50,130 bases of DNA from Anaeromyxobacter sp. GTDB lineage: Bacteria > Myxococcota > Myxococcia > Myxococcales > Anaeromyxobacteraceae. Under the pieces are notes generated by a model that ran no database searches, was not told the origin of the DNA, and saw only the letters and a program-made list of their open reading frames with translations. Positions within the stretch are counted from its first letter, which is position 1. The number at the start of each line of letters is the position of its first letter. Below are positions 27,510-37,526 of the stretch, in pieces. Position numbers and translations under genes: made by a program. The DNA lies in assembly GCA_037442705.1 (NCBI GenBank), contig JBBIPT010000001.1, forward strand, positions 1-50,130. The letters run 5' to 3'.

Positions 27510-27843
27510 TCGCAGCCCTCACGCGGGGTGCGGGAATCCGGGGGCGGATCGAGACGCCGTGTCAATTGATCTGGATCGCGACGCGCCGCGGCAGGTGGGC
27601 GGATCCACGGGCTTCTACCACCTGCGATGCACCGCGTGCACCACGTGCGCGCAAAGAATTCCGTCCGCCAATTCCCAAAGCGGCGCGCCGGTGGGTATAG
27701 TGCCCACTCGCCGGTCACGGCGTGCACCGAAAACGAAGCGAAAGGGCCGCATCCCAGGAGAATCAGGACGCAGCACGGAGACAACGGGCGGCGTTCTCCC
27801 GCGAGGACGGCGGCCCTCAACACGGCGTTGGAGGAACCCTGAC

Positions 27844-29079
27844 GTGAAAAACCTGCGCACCCTCTTCATCGGCTCCACCCTCGCGATCGCGCTCGTGGCG
27901 AACACCGCCCGCGCGCAGGAAGCGAACCCCTGGAAGTTCGAGTTCCACGGCTTCGTCACCACCTCGATGTTCGTCGCCGACACCCAGTTCGGCCCGGGCT
28001 ACGGCCAGATGTCGCTGTTCACCGCTCCCGCGTCCGTCACGGCCGGTGGCGTCCTCGTCGAGCCGTCGGTGGACAAGGCCCACTTCGGCGGCGACATCCG
28101 CCAGTCCCGCATGAACCTCTCCATGGCCGGCCCGAAGGCCTTCGGCGAGTGGCAGCCGAGGGGCGTCCTCGAGTTCGACCTCTTCGGCGGGTTCACCGCC
28201 GGCGCCTTCGGCGACGAGTCGCTCGCCCCCCGCATCCGGGTCGCCTTCGCCGAGCTGAAGAAGGGCGGCACGACGATCCAGATCGGCCAGATGAACCAGC
28301 TCGTCGTCCCCCAGATCCCGGCCTCGGTCTCGCACATCGCCTTCCCCTGGTCCTACGCGGCCGGGACGATCGGCTGGCGGACTCCCGGCATCATGGTCTT
28401 CCACGTGATCCCCGTGGGCGACATGAAGCTCGAGCTCGCCGGCGCCGTGCAGCGCGGCAGCTGGAATGACGGAACGGGCGTCTCCCTGGGTGAGGCCGCC
28501 GGCATCCCGCAGATCGAGGCCCGCGTGAAGCTCGACGGCAAGGCCGGGAACGCCTCCTACACGGCCTACCTCGTCGGCCACTACGACGAGAAGGACCTCT
28601 CCGGCTGGAACGCCCAGGCGGCCCCCGGCGCGGATGCCAAGCTCACCGGCACGGCGATCCAGGTCGGCGGCAAGTTCACGCTCGCCCCGGTGACCTTCTC
28701 CTTCAACGCCTACCAGGGTAAGGCGATCGGCCAGCTCCTCGGCCAGGTCCTCCAGTTCGGCGACATCTCCAGCGTGGCCGGCTGGGCGCAGCTCGGCTTC
28801 TTCGCCTCGAAGGAGCTCTCGGTCTGGGCCGGCTTCGGCATGGACAAGCCGGACGAGGACGACATCAACACGAAGATCACGGCCCCCGTTCGCCGCAAGC
28901 AGAACCAGGTCGTCACCGGCATGGTCCGCTACGCCTCGGGCAACTACTCGTTCGCCGCGGAGTACTTCCGGACGACGACGAAGACGGCGACCTACGCTTC
29001 CGCTGCCCCGACGACGGCGGTGGACGAGAAGGACCTCACCGGCCAGCAGGTGGTCCTCTCCGCGATGTACACGTTCTAG
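27844..29079 (+). CDS. Outer-membrane porin (DcaP-like beta-barrel)
   Basis: Signal peptide (ARA-Q), F.GF, RQSR, EFD.FG and R.R.AF motifs, C-terminal YTF. GGAGG RBS. Confidence 0.8.
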   Translation: MKNLRTLFIGSTLAIALVANTARAQEANPWKFEFHGFVTTSMFVADTQFGPGYGQMSLFTAPASVTAGGVLVEPSVDKAHFGGDIRQSRMNLSMAGPKAFGEWQPRGVLEFDLFGGFTAGAFGDESLAPRIRVAFAELKKGGTTIQIGQMNQLVVPQIPASVSHIAFPWSYAAGTIGWRTPGIMVFHVIPVGDMKLELAGAVQRGSWNDGTGVSLGEAAGIPQIEARVKLDGKAGNASYTAYLVGHYDEKDLSGWNAQAAPGADAKLTGTAIQVGGKFTLAPVTFSFNAYQGKAIGQLLGQVLQFGDISSVAGWAQLGFFASKELSVWAGFGMDKPDEDDINTKITAPVRRKQNQVVTGMVRYASGNYSFAAEYFRTTTKTATYASAAPTTAVDEKDLTGQQVVLSAMYTF

Positions 29080-29100
29080 TCGCGGAGCGAAGCGCATCCC

Positions 29101-29139
29101 GAGAGCCCCGCTCCCGCCTCGGCGGGGGCGGGGCTTCTC
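29101..29139 (+). terminator. Stem-loop after porin
   Basis: AGCCCCGCTCCCGCC-TC-GGCGGGGGCGGGGCT followed by TCTCGCTTCT. Confidence 0.6.
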
Positions 29140-29265
29140 GCTTCTCCCGGCCCCTCCGACGCGCCGCGGCGAGGCGCCTCCCGGGGGACCCGCCCCCGCC
29201 TCCCACTTGCCAGCCGCCCCCCGCGGACGTAAGAAGCAGCCACCCCGAGACACGGAGGAGACCCC

Positions 29266-30387
29266 ATGCGCTTCACGGTGCGGAATTCACTTGTCGTCGC
29301 AGCGCTCTCCCTCGCCGTCCTCCCCGCCGCCCGGGCGGCGGAGACGGTGAAGATCGGCGCCGCCCTCTCGATGACCGGCCCGGCCGCCGTCTACGGCGCC
29401 ACCCAGAAGGCGGGGATCGAGGCGGCGATCGCCGACGTGAACAGGAGCGGGATGCTGAAGGGCATCACCCTCGTGGCGGTGATCGAGGACGACGCCTCCA
29501 CGAAGGAGCAGGGGATCGCCGTCTTCCAGCGGTTCATCAACAAGGACAAGGTCTCCGCCATCCTCGGCCCGACCCTCTCCAACACCGCCACCGCCGCGGA
29601 CCCCCTCGCCCAGGGCGCGGGCGTCCCCGTCGTCGCGATCTCCAACACCGCCCCGAAGGGGATCACCGACATCGGCGACTACATCTGGCGCGTCTCCCTC
29701 ACCGAGGCCCAGGTCATCCCCGGCGCGCTGAAGCGGCTCCAGGGGAAGCTCGGCTTCAAGAGGGCCGCCCTCCTCTACGGGAACGACGACGCCTTCACCC
29801 AGGCCGGCTACAGCGTGATGAAGGCGGCCCTCGCGGCCCAGGGGATCGCCGTCGCCGGCGAGCAGACCTTCGCGAAGCCGGACCGCGACTACAACGCCCA
29901 GCTCACGGCCCTCCGCGGCCTGAACCCCGAGATCCTCATGGTCTCCGCCCTCGCCGAGAACGCGGCGGGCATCGTGGCCCAGGCCCGGCAGCTCGGCTGG
30001 GACGTGCCGATCATGGGCGGGAACGGCTTCAACAGCCCGGCCTACATCAAGAACGCCGGGCCCGCCGCGGAGGGCACCTACGTCGGGACCGCCTGGAACA
30101 AGGTGAGCCAGGACGCGGCGAACCAGGCCTTCCTCGCCTCGATGAAGGCGCGCGGGATCGACCCCGACCAGTTCTGCGCCCAGTCCTACACGGGCGTCCT
30201 CGTGATCGCCGAGGCGATCAAGCGCTCCGGGAACAAGGGCGGCCGGAACGACATCAAGGCCGGGTTCCTCGAGGTGAAGGACCTCGCCACCCCGCTCGGC
30301 AAGTTCTCCTTCCTCGAGACCCGCGACGGGAACCACGAGCCGACCGTCCAGGTGGTGAAGGACGGGAAGTTCCAGATCGTCCCCTGA
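29266..30387 (+). CDS. Liv-family ABC substrate-binding protein
   Basis: Signal peptide, VKIG...MTG, EDD.S and GP..S motifs. Confidence 0.9.
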   Translation: MRFTVRNSLVVAALSLAVLPAARAAETVKIGAALSMTGPAAVYGATQKAGIEAAIADVNRSGMLKGITLVAVIEDDASTKEQGIAVFQRFINKDKVSAILGPTLSNTATAADPLAQGAGVPVVAISNTAPKGITDIGDYIWRVSLTEAQVIPGALKRLQGKLGFKRAALLYGNDDAFTQAGYSVMKAALAAQGIAVAGEQTFAKPDRDYNAQLTALRGLNPEILMVSALAENAAGIVAQARQLGWDVPIMGGNGFNSPAYIKNAGPAAEGTYVGTAWNKVSQDAANQAFLASMKARGIDPDQFCAQSYTGVLVIAEAIKRSGNKGGRNDIKAGFLEVKDLATPLGKFSFLETRDGNHEPTVQVVKDGKFQIVP

Positions 30388-30436
30388 CCGCGGGAACGCC
30401 GGTCGCAGGCCGGAGAGGTCCCGTGGCGAAACCGAC

Positions 30437-30522
30437 GCTCCGCTCGCCCTGAGCCTGTCGAAGGGCGGGCGGAGCCAGGAGAGAGTCCCGGATTCGTGCC
30501 TCGACAGGCTCGGCACGAACGG
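30437..30522. repeat. Hairpin repeat pair A(-)/C(+)
   Basis: A(-) at 30440-30472. TTCGTGCC-TCGACAGGCTC-GGCACGAA at 30493-30519. Confidence 0.9.
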
Positions 30523-30593
30523 GAGAGGGGGCGGGCGATCGCGCGTGGCGCCCACCCGCTCGGCAGTCCCACCCGTGGCACCGGAGGCGAGCG

Positions 30594-31475
30594 TTGGGCC
30601 AGCAGATCGTGAACGGGCTCTTCCTCGGGAGCATCTACGCTCTCTTCGCCCTCGGCTACACGCTCGTCTTCGGCGTCCTCGACATCCTGAACCTCGCCCA
30701 CGCCGCGGTCTTCATGCTCGCGGCGTTCGTCGCCCTCGCCTTCGTCGGGAACGCCGGGCTCCCCATCCTCGTGGCGATGCCGCTCGCGGTCCTCGTCGCG
30801 GGGCTCCTCGGCCTCCTCCTCGAGCGGGTCGCCTTCCGCCCGCTCCGGGGGAGGGCGAACTCCAACTTCTCCGGCCTCATCAGCTCCCTCGCGATGGCGA
30901 CCGTCTTCGAGGCGACCGCCCTCCTCGTCTGGGGGCCGAACGTGACCCGCTTCCCCTTCGGGACCCTCGCGCAGGGGAAGCCCATCCCGATCCTCGGCGT
31001 CGAGGTCTCCCGCCTCCAGCTCACGACCGTGGCGGTCGCGATCCTCCTCTTCCTCGCCCTCACCTGGCTCGTCCAGTGGACCCGGCTCGGCCGCGAGGTC
31101 CGGGCGGTGGCGGAGAGCCCCCGGGCCGCGCGCATCCTCGGGGTGAACGTGGACCGGGCCATCGGCGCCTCCTTCTTCATCTCCTCCGCCCTCGGCGGCG
31201 CGGCCGGCGTCCTCTTCGGGCTCGCCTACAACGCGATCGCCCCGGACATGGGCCGGAGCGTGGAGCTGAAGGGGCTCGCCGTGATCATCCTCGGGGGGAT
31301 GGGCTCGATGCCGGGGGCGGTGATCGCCGGCTTCGCCCTCGGCCTCACCGAGGTCTTCGTGGTCGCCCACCTCGGCGCGTCCTGGCGGGACGCCATCTCC
31401 TTCGCGGGGCTCTTCCTCATCCTCGTCCTCCGGCCGCGCGGCCTCATGGGCGCGGCCTCCCTGCGAGAGGCGTGA
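30594..31475 (+). CDS. livH: Branched-chain amino acid ABC permease (LivH-like)
   Basis: NGL.LGSIYAL.ALG.TLVFG, LGGMGS and RPRGL motifs. Confidence 0.9.
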   Translation: MGQQIVNGLFLGSIYALFALGYTLVFGVLDILNLAHAAVFMLAAFVALAFVGNAGLPILVAMPLAVLVAGLLGLLLERVAFRPLRGRANSNFSGLISSLAMATVFEATALLVWGPNVTRFPFGTLAQGKPIPILGVEVSRLQLTTVAVAILLFLALTWLVQWTRLGREVRAVAESPRAARILGVNVDRAIGASFFISSALGGAAGVLFGLAYNAIAPDMGRSVELKGLAVIILGGMGSMPGAVIAGFALGLTEVFVVAHLGASWRDAISFAGLFLILVLRPRGLMGAASLREA

Positions 31476-31488
31476 GGGAGGGGCCGCC

Positions 31489-32376
31489 GTGCTCGAGACG
31501 CTCAGCGACCTCTACGCCACCTACCAGTCCACGCTGGCGTACATCGGCATCAACACCCTCCTCGCGCTCTCCGTCTACGCGACCCTGTCCTGCGGCCAGC
31601 TCGCCCTCTCGAACGCCGGCTTCATGGCGATCGGCGCCTACGCCGCGACCCTCCTCACGAAGGGAGCCGGCGCGCCGTTCCCCGCCGTCCTCCTCGCGGC
31701 GGTGGTCCTCCCCGCCCTCGTGGCCGTGCCCCTCGGCCTCCCGGTGCTCCGGCTCAAGGGGGTCTTCCTCGCCATCGCCACGATCGCCTTCGGCGAGGTC
31801 GTGCGGCTCGGCCTCGTGAACTGGGACTACGTGGACCGCGCGCAGGGGATCGTCGCGATCCCGCAGAAGACCTCGGTCTGGATGATCTACCTCGCGGTGG
31901 CCGCCGTCCTCTTCGTCTTCGCGCGGCTCCGCGGCTCGAAGTGGGGCTTCGCCCTCGAGGCGATCCGGGAGGACGAGCCGGCGGCGCGGACGATGGGCAT
32001 CCCGACCGCCGCCTACAAGCTCGCGATGCTCGTCTTCGGCGCGGCCATCGCCGGGCTCGCGGGGGCGCTCGAGGCCCACTTCACCTTCATGGTCGCCCCG
32101 AACGGCTTCACCTTCGTCCGCGTCGTCGACATGCTCGTCTTCGCGGTCGTGGGGGGCACCGCCTTCTACTGGGGGCCGGTCGTCGGCGCCGCCTTCCTCA
32201 CGCTCCTCCCCGAGATCATCCGGGAGCTCGCCCCCCTCGTCGGGATCGAGCCCGGCCCGCTCCGGCTCCTCGTGAACGGGCTCGTCCTCCTCGCCGTGAT
32301 CCTCTTCCTCCCGAACGGGATCGTCTCCCTCCCCGCCGTGCTCCGCGAGCGGAAGGGCGCGAGGGGGGGCGCGTGA
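31489..32376 (+). CDS. livM: ABC permease (LivM-like)
   Basis: GQL.L, RLKG.FLAIAT.AFGE and AIREDE motifs. Confidence 0.9.
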   Translation: MLETLSDLYATYQSTLAYIGINTLLALSVYATLSCGQLALSNAGFMAIGAYAATLLTKGAGAPFPAVLLAAVVLPALVAVPLGLPVLRLKGVFLAIATIAFGEVVRLGLVNWDYVDRAQGIVAIPQKTSVWMIYLAVAAVLFVFARLRGSKWGFALEAIREDEPAARTMGIPTAAYKLAMLVFGAAIAGLAGALEAHFTFMVAPNGFTFVRVVDMLVFAVVGGTAFYWGPVVGAAFLTLLPEIIRELAPLVGIEPGPLRLLVNGLVLLAVILFLPNGIVSLPAVLRERKGARGGA

Positions 32377-33137
32377 GCGCGATCCTCGAGGTGGACCGGC
32401 TCGAGCGCGCCTTCGGCGGGCTGCGCGCGGTGGACGGCGCGACCTTCGCCGTCCGCGCGGGAGAGGTCCACGGGCTCATCGGTCCGAACGGGGCCGGGAA
32501 GACGACCCTCATCAACCTCGTCTCGGGCCTCGTCGCCCCGACGGGCGGCGCCGTCCGGCTCGACGGCCGGCGGATCCACGGGCTGCCGCCCCACCGGATC
32601 GCCGCCCTCGGCGTCGCGCGGACGTTCCAGAACATCCGGCTCTTCGCGGACCTCTCCGCGGAGGACAACGTCCTCGTGGGCCAGCACCTGCGTCGGAGCC
32701 CCTCCCTCGCCGCCCGCCTCTTCGTCCTCCCCTCGGCGCGGGAGGAGGAGCGGCGGGCCCAGGAGCGCGCCGCCGCGCTCCTCGAGCGGGTCGGCCTCGG
32801 CGGCCGGACGAAGGAGAGGGCCCGGAACCTCTCCTACGGCGAGCAGCGGAAGGTGGAGATCGCCCGGGCCCTCGCCGCGGAGCCCCGCCTCCTCCTCCTC
32901 GACGAGCCGACCGCCGGGATGAACCCCGTGGAGGTGGAGTCCATGGCGAAGCTCATCCGGAGCGTCGCGGAGGCCGGCCACTCCGTCCTCCTCATCGAGC
33001 ACAACGTGCGGCTCGTGATGGACGTCTGCGACGCGATCACGGTCCTCCACTTCGGCCGCGTGATCGCCGAGGGCCCCCCCGCCGCCGTGGCGAGGGACCC
33101 CGCGGTCGTGGACGCCTACCTCGGGAGCGCGGCGTGA
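32373..33137 (+). CDS. livG: ABC ATPase (LivG-like)
   Basis: GPNGAGKT, ARTFQ, LSYG and LLLDEP motifs. Confidence 0.92.
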   Translation: MSAILEVDRLERAFGGLRAVDGATFAVRAGEVHGLIGPNGAGKTTLINLVSGLVAPTGGAVRLDGRRIHGLPPHRIAALGVARTFQNIRLFADLSAEDNVLVGQHLRRSPSLAARLFVLPSAREEERRAQERAAALLERVGLGGRTKERARNLSYGEQRKVEIARALAAEPRLLLLDEPTAGMNPVEVESMAKLIRSVAEAGHSVLLIEHNVRLVMDVCDAITVLHFGRVIAEGPPAAVARDPAVVDAYLGSAA

Positions 33138-33871
33138 GCGGACGGCCCTCGACCCCGCTCCTCGAGGTCCGGGACCTCCAGGTCGCCTACGGCCACGTCC
33201 AGGCGGTCCGCGGCGTGTCGCTCTCCGTGGGGCACGGCGGCTTCGTCGCGCTCATCGGCCCGAACGGCGCCGGGAAGACGAGCCTCCTCGGCGCCCTCGC
33301 GGGGCTCGTCCCCCCCGCGGCGGGCACCGTCGTCCTCGGCGGCGAGGACGTCACGGGGCTCCCCGCCCACCGCGCGGTCGCGAAGGGGATCTCGCTCGTC
33401 CCGGAGGGGCGGGCGGTCCTCGCCCGGATGACGATCGAGGAGAACCTGCGGCTCGCGGCGGAGGTCCGCCGGCCGCGCGCGGAGATCCAGCCCGCCCTCG
33501 AGGAGCAGTACGCCCGCTTCCCGGTGCTCGGCCAGCGCCGGGCCCTCCCCGCGGGGACGCTCTCCGGCGGAGAGCAGCAGATGCTCGCCTTCGCCCGGGC
33601 GCTCGTCGCCCGTCCCCGGATCCTCCTCCTCGACGAGCCCTCCATGGGGCTCTCCCCGCTCCTCGTCCGGCAGGTCTTCGAGACCGTGCAGGCGATCCAC
33701 CGGGAGGGGGCGACGATCCTCCTCGTCGAGCAGAACGCCCGGCTCGCGCTCGGGGTCTCGGAGCGCGCCTACGTCCTCGAGCGCGGCCAGATCACCGTCG
33801 AGGGGCCTTCCCGGGCCCTCGCCGAGGACCCGCGTATCCGGGCGGCCTACCTGGGCGGCGAGCGGGGCTGA
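33134..33871 (+). CDS. livF: ABC ATPase (LivF-like)
   Basis: GPNGAGKT, VPEGR, LSGGEQQM and VEQN motifs. Confidence 0.92.
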   Translation: MSGRPSTPLLEVRDLQVAYGHVQAVRGVSLSVGHGGFVALIGPNGAGKTSLLGALAGLVPPAAGTVVLGGEDVTGLPAHRAVAKGISLVPEGRAVLARMTIEENLRLAAEVRRPRAEIQPALEEQYARFPVLGQRRALPAGTLSGGEQQMLAFARALVARPRILLLDEPSMGLSPLLVRQVFETVQAIHREGATILLVEQNARLALGVSERAYVLERGQITVEGPSRALAEDPRIRAAYLGGERG

Positions 33872-34069
33872 TGGCCGTGATCACCCGGAGCGAGCCGCGA
33901 CGTTCGCCCTTCGACAGGCTCGGGGCGGGCGGATTCCCTTTCGTCCGTTCGTGGTGAGCCTGTCGAACCACGAACGACCCGGATCGAAGCGAGAGGGCAA
34001 CGCCATGACGGCCGTGATCACTCGCGTCGAGCCTCCGCCTTCGCCCTCCGACAGGCCCGGGGCGAACGG
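33872..34069. repeat. Hairpin repeat cluster with leader motif
   Basis: Leader GGCCGTGATCAC, A(+) at 33900, B(-) at 33945, second leader at 34010 and a degenerate A(+) at 34039. Confidence 0.9.
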
Positions 34070-34111
34070 CCGCGCGCAGAACCGCCCCCGCACGAACGAG
34101 CCGGAGACCCC

Positions 34112-35551
34112 ATGAAGATCCGCAGCGGCGGCTTCGTCCACAGGCTCCTCGGACGGCTCGCGAGGAGCGCGCGCGAGTCGGAGCGGCAGCGGCTCATGCT
34201 CGAGGAGGCGCTCGGCCACGCCTACGAGGGGCTCATCATCACCGACGCCGGCGGCCACATCGTGAAGACGAACGAGGCCTACGCGCGGTTCCTCGGGCTG
34301 CGGCAGGCCGACATGATCGGCAAGCACGTCACCGAGGTCGTCGAGAACACGCGGATGCACGTCGTCGCCCGGACCGGGATCGCCGAGATCGCGCACGTCC
34401 AGAAGATCGGCGGCCACGAGATGATCTGCAGCCGCATCCCCATCGTCGAGGACGGGAAGGTGGTCTCCGTCGTCGGCAAGATCATGTTCAAGGACGTCGA
34501 CGACCTCTTCGCGATGACGGAGCGGTTCGCCGCCCTGAAGAAGGAGCTCGAGTTCTACAAGAGCGAGCTCAGCAAGCGGCTCGTGGCGCGCTACTCCTTC
34601 GACTCGATCGTCGGCGGGAGCGAGGCCCTCGAGCGGGTGGTGGCGCTCGGCCGGAAGGTCGCGAGGAGCGACACGACCGTGCTCCTCAAGGGCGAGAGCG
34701 GCACCGGGAAGGAGCTCTTCGCCCACTCCATCCACGTGGAGAGCCACCGCGCCCTGGGGCCGTTCGTGAAGGTGAACTGCGCCGCGATCCCGGAGACCCT
34801 GTTCGAGTCCGAGCTGTTCGGCTACAAGGCGGGGGCCTTCACCGGCGCGCAGAAGCAGGGGAAGAAGGGCCGGTTCGCCCTCGCCGACAAGGGGACGATC
34901 TTCCTCGACGAGGTGAGCGAGCTCCCCGCGAGCATGCAGGTGAAGCTCCTCCGCGTGCTCCAGGAGCGCGAGATCGAGCCGGTGGGGGCGGTGGGCCCCG
35001 AGGCGATCGACGTCCGCGTCGTCGCCGCCACGAACCGCGACCTCGAGCCGCTCCTCGAGCAGGGCGCCTTCCGCCAGGACCTCTACTACCGGCTGAACGT
35101 CGTGAAGCTCGAGATCCCGGCGCTCAGGGAGCGGCGCGGCGACATCCCGCTCGTCGCGGAGAACCTCCTCCGCCAGCTCGAGAAGGAGACGGGCGTTCCC
35201 GTGGAGGGGCTCTCGCCGGACGCCGAGGAGGCCCTCCGGAGCTACCGCTGGCCGGGCAACGTGCGCGAGCTCCGGAACGTCCTCGAGCAGGCGCTCTACG
35301 TGAAGACCGGCAACAGGATCACCCGGCGCGACCTCCCCCGCTCCATCGTCGCGAGCGCCGAGGAGGCCGCGAACGGCGACGGCGCCCGGACCCTCCGGTC
35401 GCTCCTCCGCCAGACCGAGGAGGAGGTCCTCCGCCGGACGCTGCGCGAGGCGAAGGGGGACAAGGCCACCGCCGCCTCCCGGCTCGGGATCAGCCGGTCC
35501 TCGCTCTACGCGAAGCTCGAGCAGTACGGCATCGAGTCGGCCCGCGGTTGA
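34112..35551 (+). CDS. PAS-domain sigma54-dependent transcriptional activator (bEBP)
   Basis: PAS domain, GESGTGKE, GAFTGA, FLDE and WPGNVREL motifs, Fis-type HTH. Confidence 0.95.
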   Translation: MKIRSGGFVHRLLGRLARSARESERQRLMLEEALGHAYEGLIITDAGGHIVKTNEAYARFLGLRQADMIGKHVTEVVENTRMHVVARTGIAEIAHVQKIGGHEMICSRIPIVEDGKVVSVVGKIMFKDVDDLFAMTERFAALKKELEFYKSELSKRLVARYSFDSIVGGSEALERVVALGRKVARSDTTVLLKGESGTGKELFAHSIHVESHRALGPFVKVNCAAIPETLFESELFGYKAGAFTGAQKQGKKGRFALADKGTIFLDEVSELPASMQVKLLRVLQEREIEPVGAVGPEAIDVRVVAATNRDLEPLLEQGAFRQDLYYRLNVVKLEIPALRERRGDIPLVAENLLRQLEKETGVPVEGLSPDAEEALRSYRWPGNVRELRNVLEQALYVKTGNRITRRDLPRSIVASAEEAANGDGARTLRSLLRQTEEEVLRRTLREAKGDKATAASRLGISRSSLYAKLEQYGIESARG

Positions 35552-35589
35552 GAGGCCCCATTCCCCTCACGGCCCTGACTCCCGGGGCC

Positions 35590-35756
35590 GTCCGGACTTC
35601 TGGAATCTGCTTCCAGACCCCCGGAATGGCTGCGGCGGACCGTCGCGGAGACAGCCCCGCGCCCTTTGCCTGGCGCCCAAGGGCTTCATGTGCGCGCGAG
35701 CGGAGCCCCTGCCCACCGCTCACCTCGGCCGCGAACTACCGTCCAGAAGTCTGGAC
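35590..35756. promoter_or_regulatory. Candidate upstream activator palindromes (TCCAGA-N2-TCTGGA)
   Basis: GTCCAGAAGTCTGGAC at 35741-35756 (perfect arms), with related sites at 35590-35605 and 35611-35626. Confidence 0.6.
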
Positions 35757-35847
35757 TTCCAGCCGAGTGCACCGATCCCGACCGATGGGACATATCACCT
35801 GTGTCGGCAGTATCTTACGATCCGTCGACCATATACCTCGTCTGGGA

Positions 35848-35863
35848 TGGCGCAACCTTTGCT
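35848..35863 (+). promoter_or_regulatory. Sigma54 -24/-12 promoter
   Basis: TGGCGC-AACCT-TTGCT matches TGGCAC-N5-TTGCW spacing and lies just downstream of a bEBP gene. Confidence 0.85.
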
Positions 35864-36028
35864 GACAAGACGCATGCTTTGCCGCATCCGTCCCGAGGAC
35901 CTCTGGAGGCCGCCGAGCCGGTCCACGGGAGCTTCACCCTCCCGGGTAGGACGGGAGAGCGGTCTTGGCCGACGAGGGAGAGGTCGCCGATGATGTCGCG
36001 CCATCGCGGACCCGTCCATGGAGGAGGG

Positions 36029-36781
36029 ATGAGCACGGACCTCATCCTCGAGACGCGCGACCTCGTGAAGGAGTTCCAGGGCTTCGTCGCCGTGGACGGC
36101 GTGTCCCTCCGGATCGCGCGCGGCTCCATCCACGCGCTCATCGGCCCGAACGGCGCGGGGAAGACGACGACCTTCAACCTCCTCACCCGGTTCCTCCCGG
36201 CGACGCGCGGGACGATCCTCTACAAGGGCGAGGACATCACCGGCGCCCGCCCCGCCGCCGTCGCCCGGCGCGGCCTCGTCCGCTCCTTCCAGGTCTCCGC
36301 CGTCTTCCCCGAGCTCACGGCGCTCGAGAACGTCCGCGTGGCGCTCCAGCGCCCGCTCGGCACCTCGTTCCACTTCTGGCGATCCGAGAAGAGCCTCTCC
36401 GTCCTCGACGCCCGCGCGGTGGAGCTCCTCGACGCGGTCGGGCTCGCCGACCAGCGGGAGACCGTGACGGGCGAGCTCCCCTACGGCCGCAAGCGCGCCC
36501 TCGAGATCGCGACGACGCTCGCGCTCGAGCCCGAGGTCATGCTCCTCGACGAACCGACCGCCGGGATGGGGCACGAGGACGTGGGGCGGGTGGTGGAGCT
36601 CATCCGGCACGTCGCGAAGGGGCGCACCGTCCTCATGGTGGAGCACAACCTCTCCGTCGTCTCCGACCTCGCCGACCGGGTCACGGTCCTCTCCCGCGGC
36701 AGCGTCCTCGCCGAGGGGACCTACGACGAGGTCTCGAGGAACCCCGCCGTGCTCGAGGCCTACATCGGGGTGGCCGCGTGA
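36029..36781 (+). CDS. livG: ABC ATPase (LivG-like)
   Basis: GPNGAGKT, RSFQ and LPYG motifs. GGAGG RBS. Confidence 0.9.
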   Translation: MSTDLILETRDLVKEFQGFVAVDGVSLRIARGSIHALIGPNGAGKTTTFNLLTRFLPATRGTILYKGEDITGARPAAVARRGLVRSFQVSAVFPELTALENVRVALQRPLGTSFHFWRSEKSLSVLDARAVELLDAVGLADQRETVTGELPYGRKRALEIATTLALEPEVMLLDEPTAGMGHEDVGRVVELIRHVAKGRTVLMVEHNLSVVSDLADRVTVLSRGSVLAEGTYDEVSRNPAVLEAYIGVAA

Positions 36782-37503
36782 GCGCCGCCGCGGCGGCCGC
36801 CGGCACCGAGTTCCTCCGGGTCACCGGGCTCCACGCCTTCTACGGCGAGTCGCACATCCTCCACGGCGTCGACTTCACCGTGCGGCAGGGGGAGCTCGTG
36901 ACCCTCCTCGGGCGGAACGGCTCGGGGCGCACGACGACCTTGAAGGCGATCCTCGGGCTCGTGGGCAAGCGGAGCGGCTCGGTGATGGTGAACGGGCGCG
37001 AGACGATCGCGATGCCCACCCACCAGATCGTCCACCTCGGCGTCGGCTACTGCCCGGAGGAGCGCGGGATCTTCGCGAGCCTCTCCGCGGAGGAAAACCT
37101 GACGCTCCCGCCCGCGGTCCGGTCGGGCGGGATGACGCTCGAGGAGATCTACGCGATGTTCCCGAACCTCGCCGAGCGGCGGAAGAGCCAGGGCTCCCGG
37201 CTCTCCGGCGGCGAGCAGCAGATGCTCGCCCTCGCGCGGATCCTCCGGACGGGCGCCCGGCTCCTCCTCCTCGACGAGATCACCGAGGGGCTCGCGCCGG
37301 TCATCGTCCAGGCGCTCGGGCGAGTGGTCCAGACCCTGCGCGACAAGGGGTTCACCGTCGTGCTCGTGGAGCAGAACTTCCGCTTCGTCGCGCCCATCGC
37401 GGATCGGCACTTCCTCGTGGAGCACGGGCGGATCGTCGACGTCGTCGAGAAGCAGGACCTCGAAGGAAGGATGGGCTCGCTGCACCGCTTCCTGGGCGTG
37501 TAG
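36778..37503 (+). CDS. livF: ABC ATPase (LivF-like)
   Basis: GRNGSGRT and LSGGEQQM motifs. GTGA coupling. Confidence 0.9.
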   Translation: MSAAAAAAGTEFLRVTGLHAFYGESHILHGVDFTVRQGELVTLLGRNGSGRTTTLKAILGLVGKRSGSVMVNGRETIAMPTHQIVHLGVGYCPEERGIFASLSAEENLTLPPAVRSGGMTLEEIYAMFPNLAERRKSQGSRLSGGEQQMLALARILRTGARLLLLDEITEGLAPVIVQALGRVVQTLRDKGFTVVLVEQNFRFVAPIADRHFLVEHGRIVDVVEKQDLEGRMGSLHRFLGV

Positions 37504-37526
37504 CCCGGGACCGAAAGGAGAAACGC

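Noticed and set aside
27510-27843. Possible riboswitch in the long leader of the porin
   Set aside because: Only weak hairpins, a short GCACCRCGT direct repeat and a TATAGT hexamer. No aptamer consensus recognised, and an Rfam scan would be needed.
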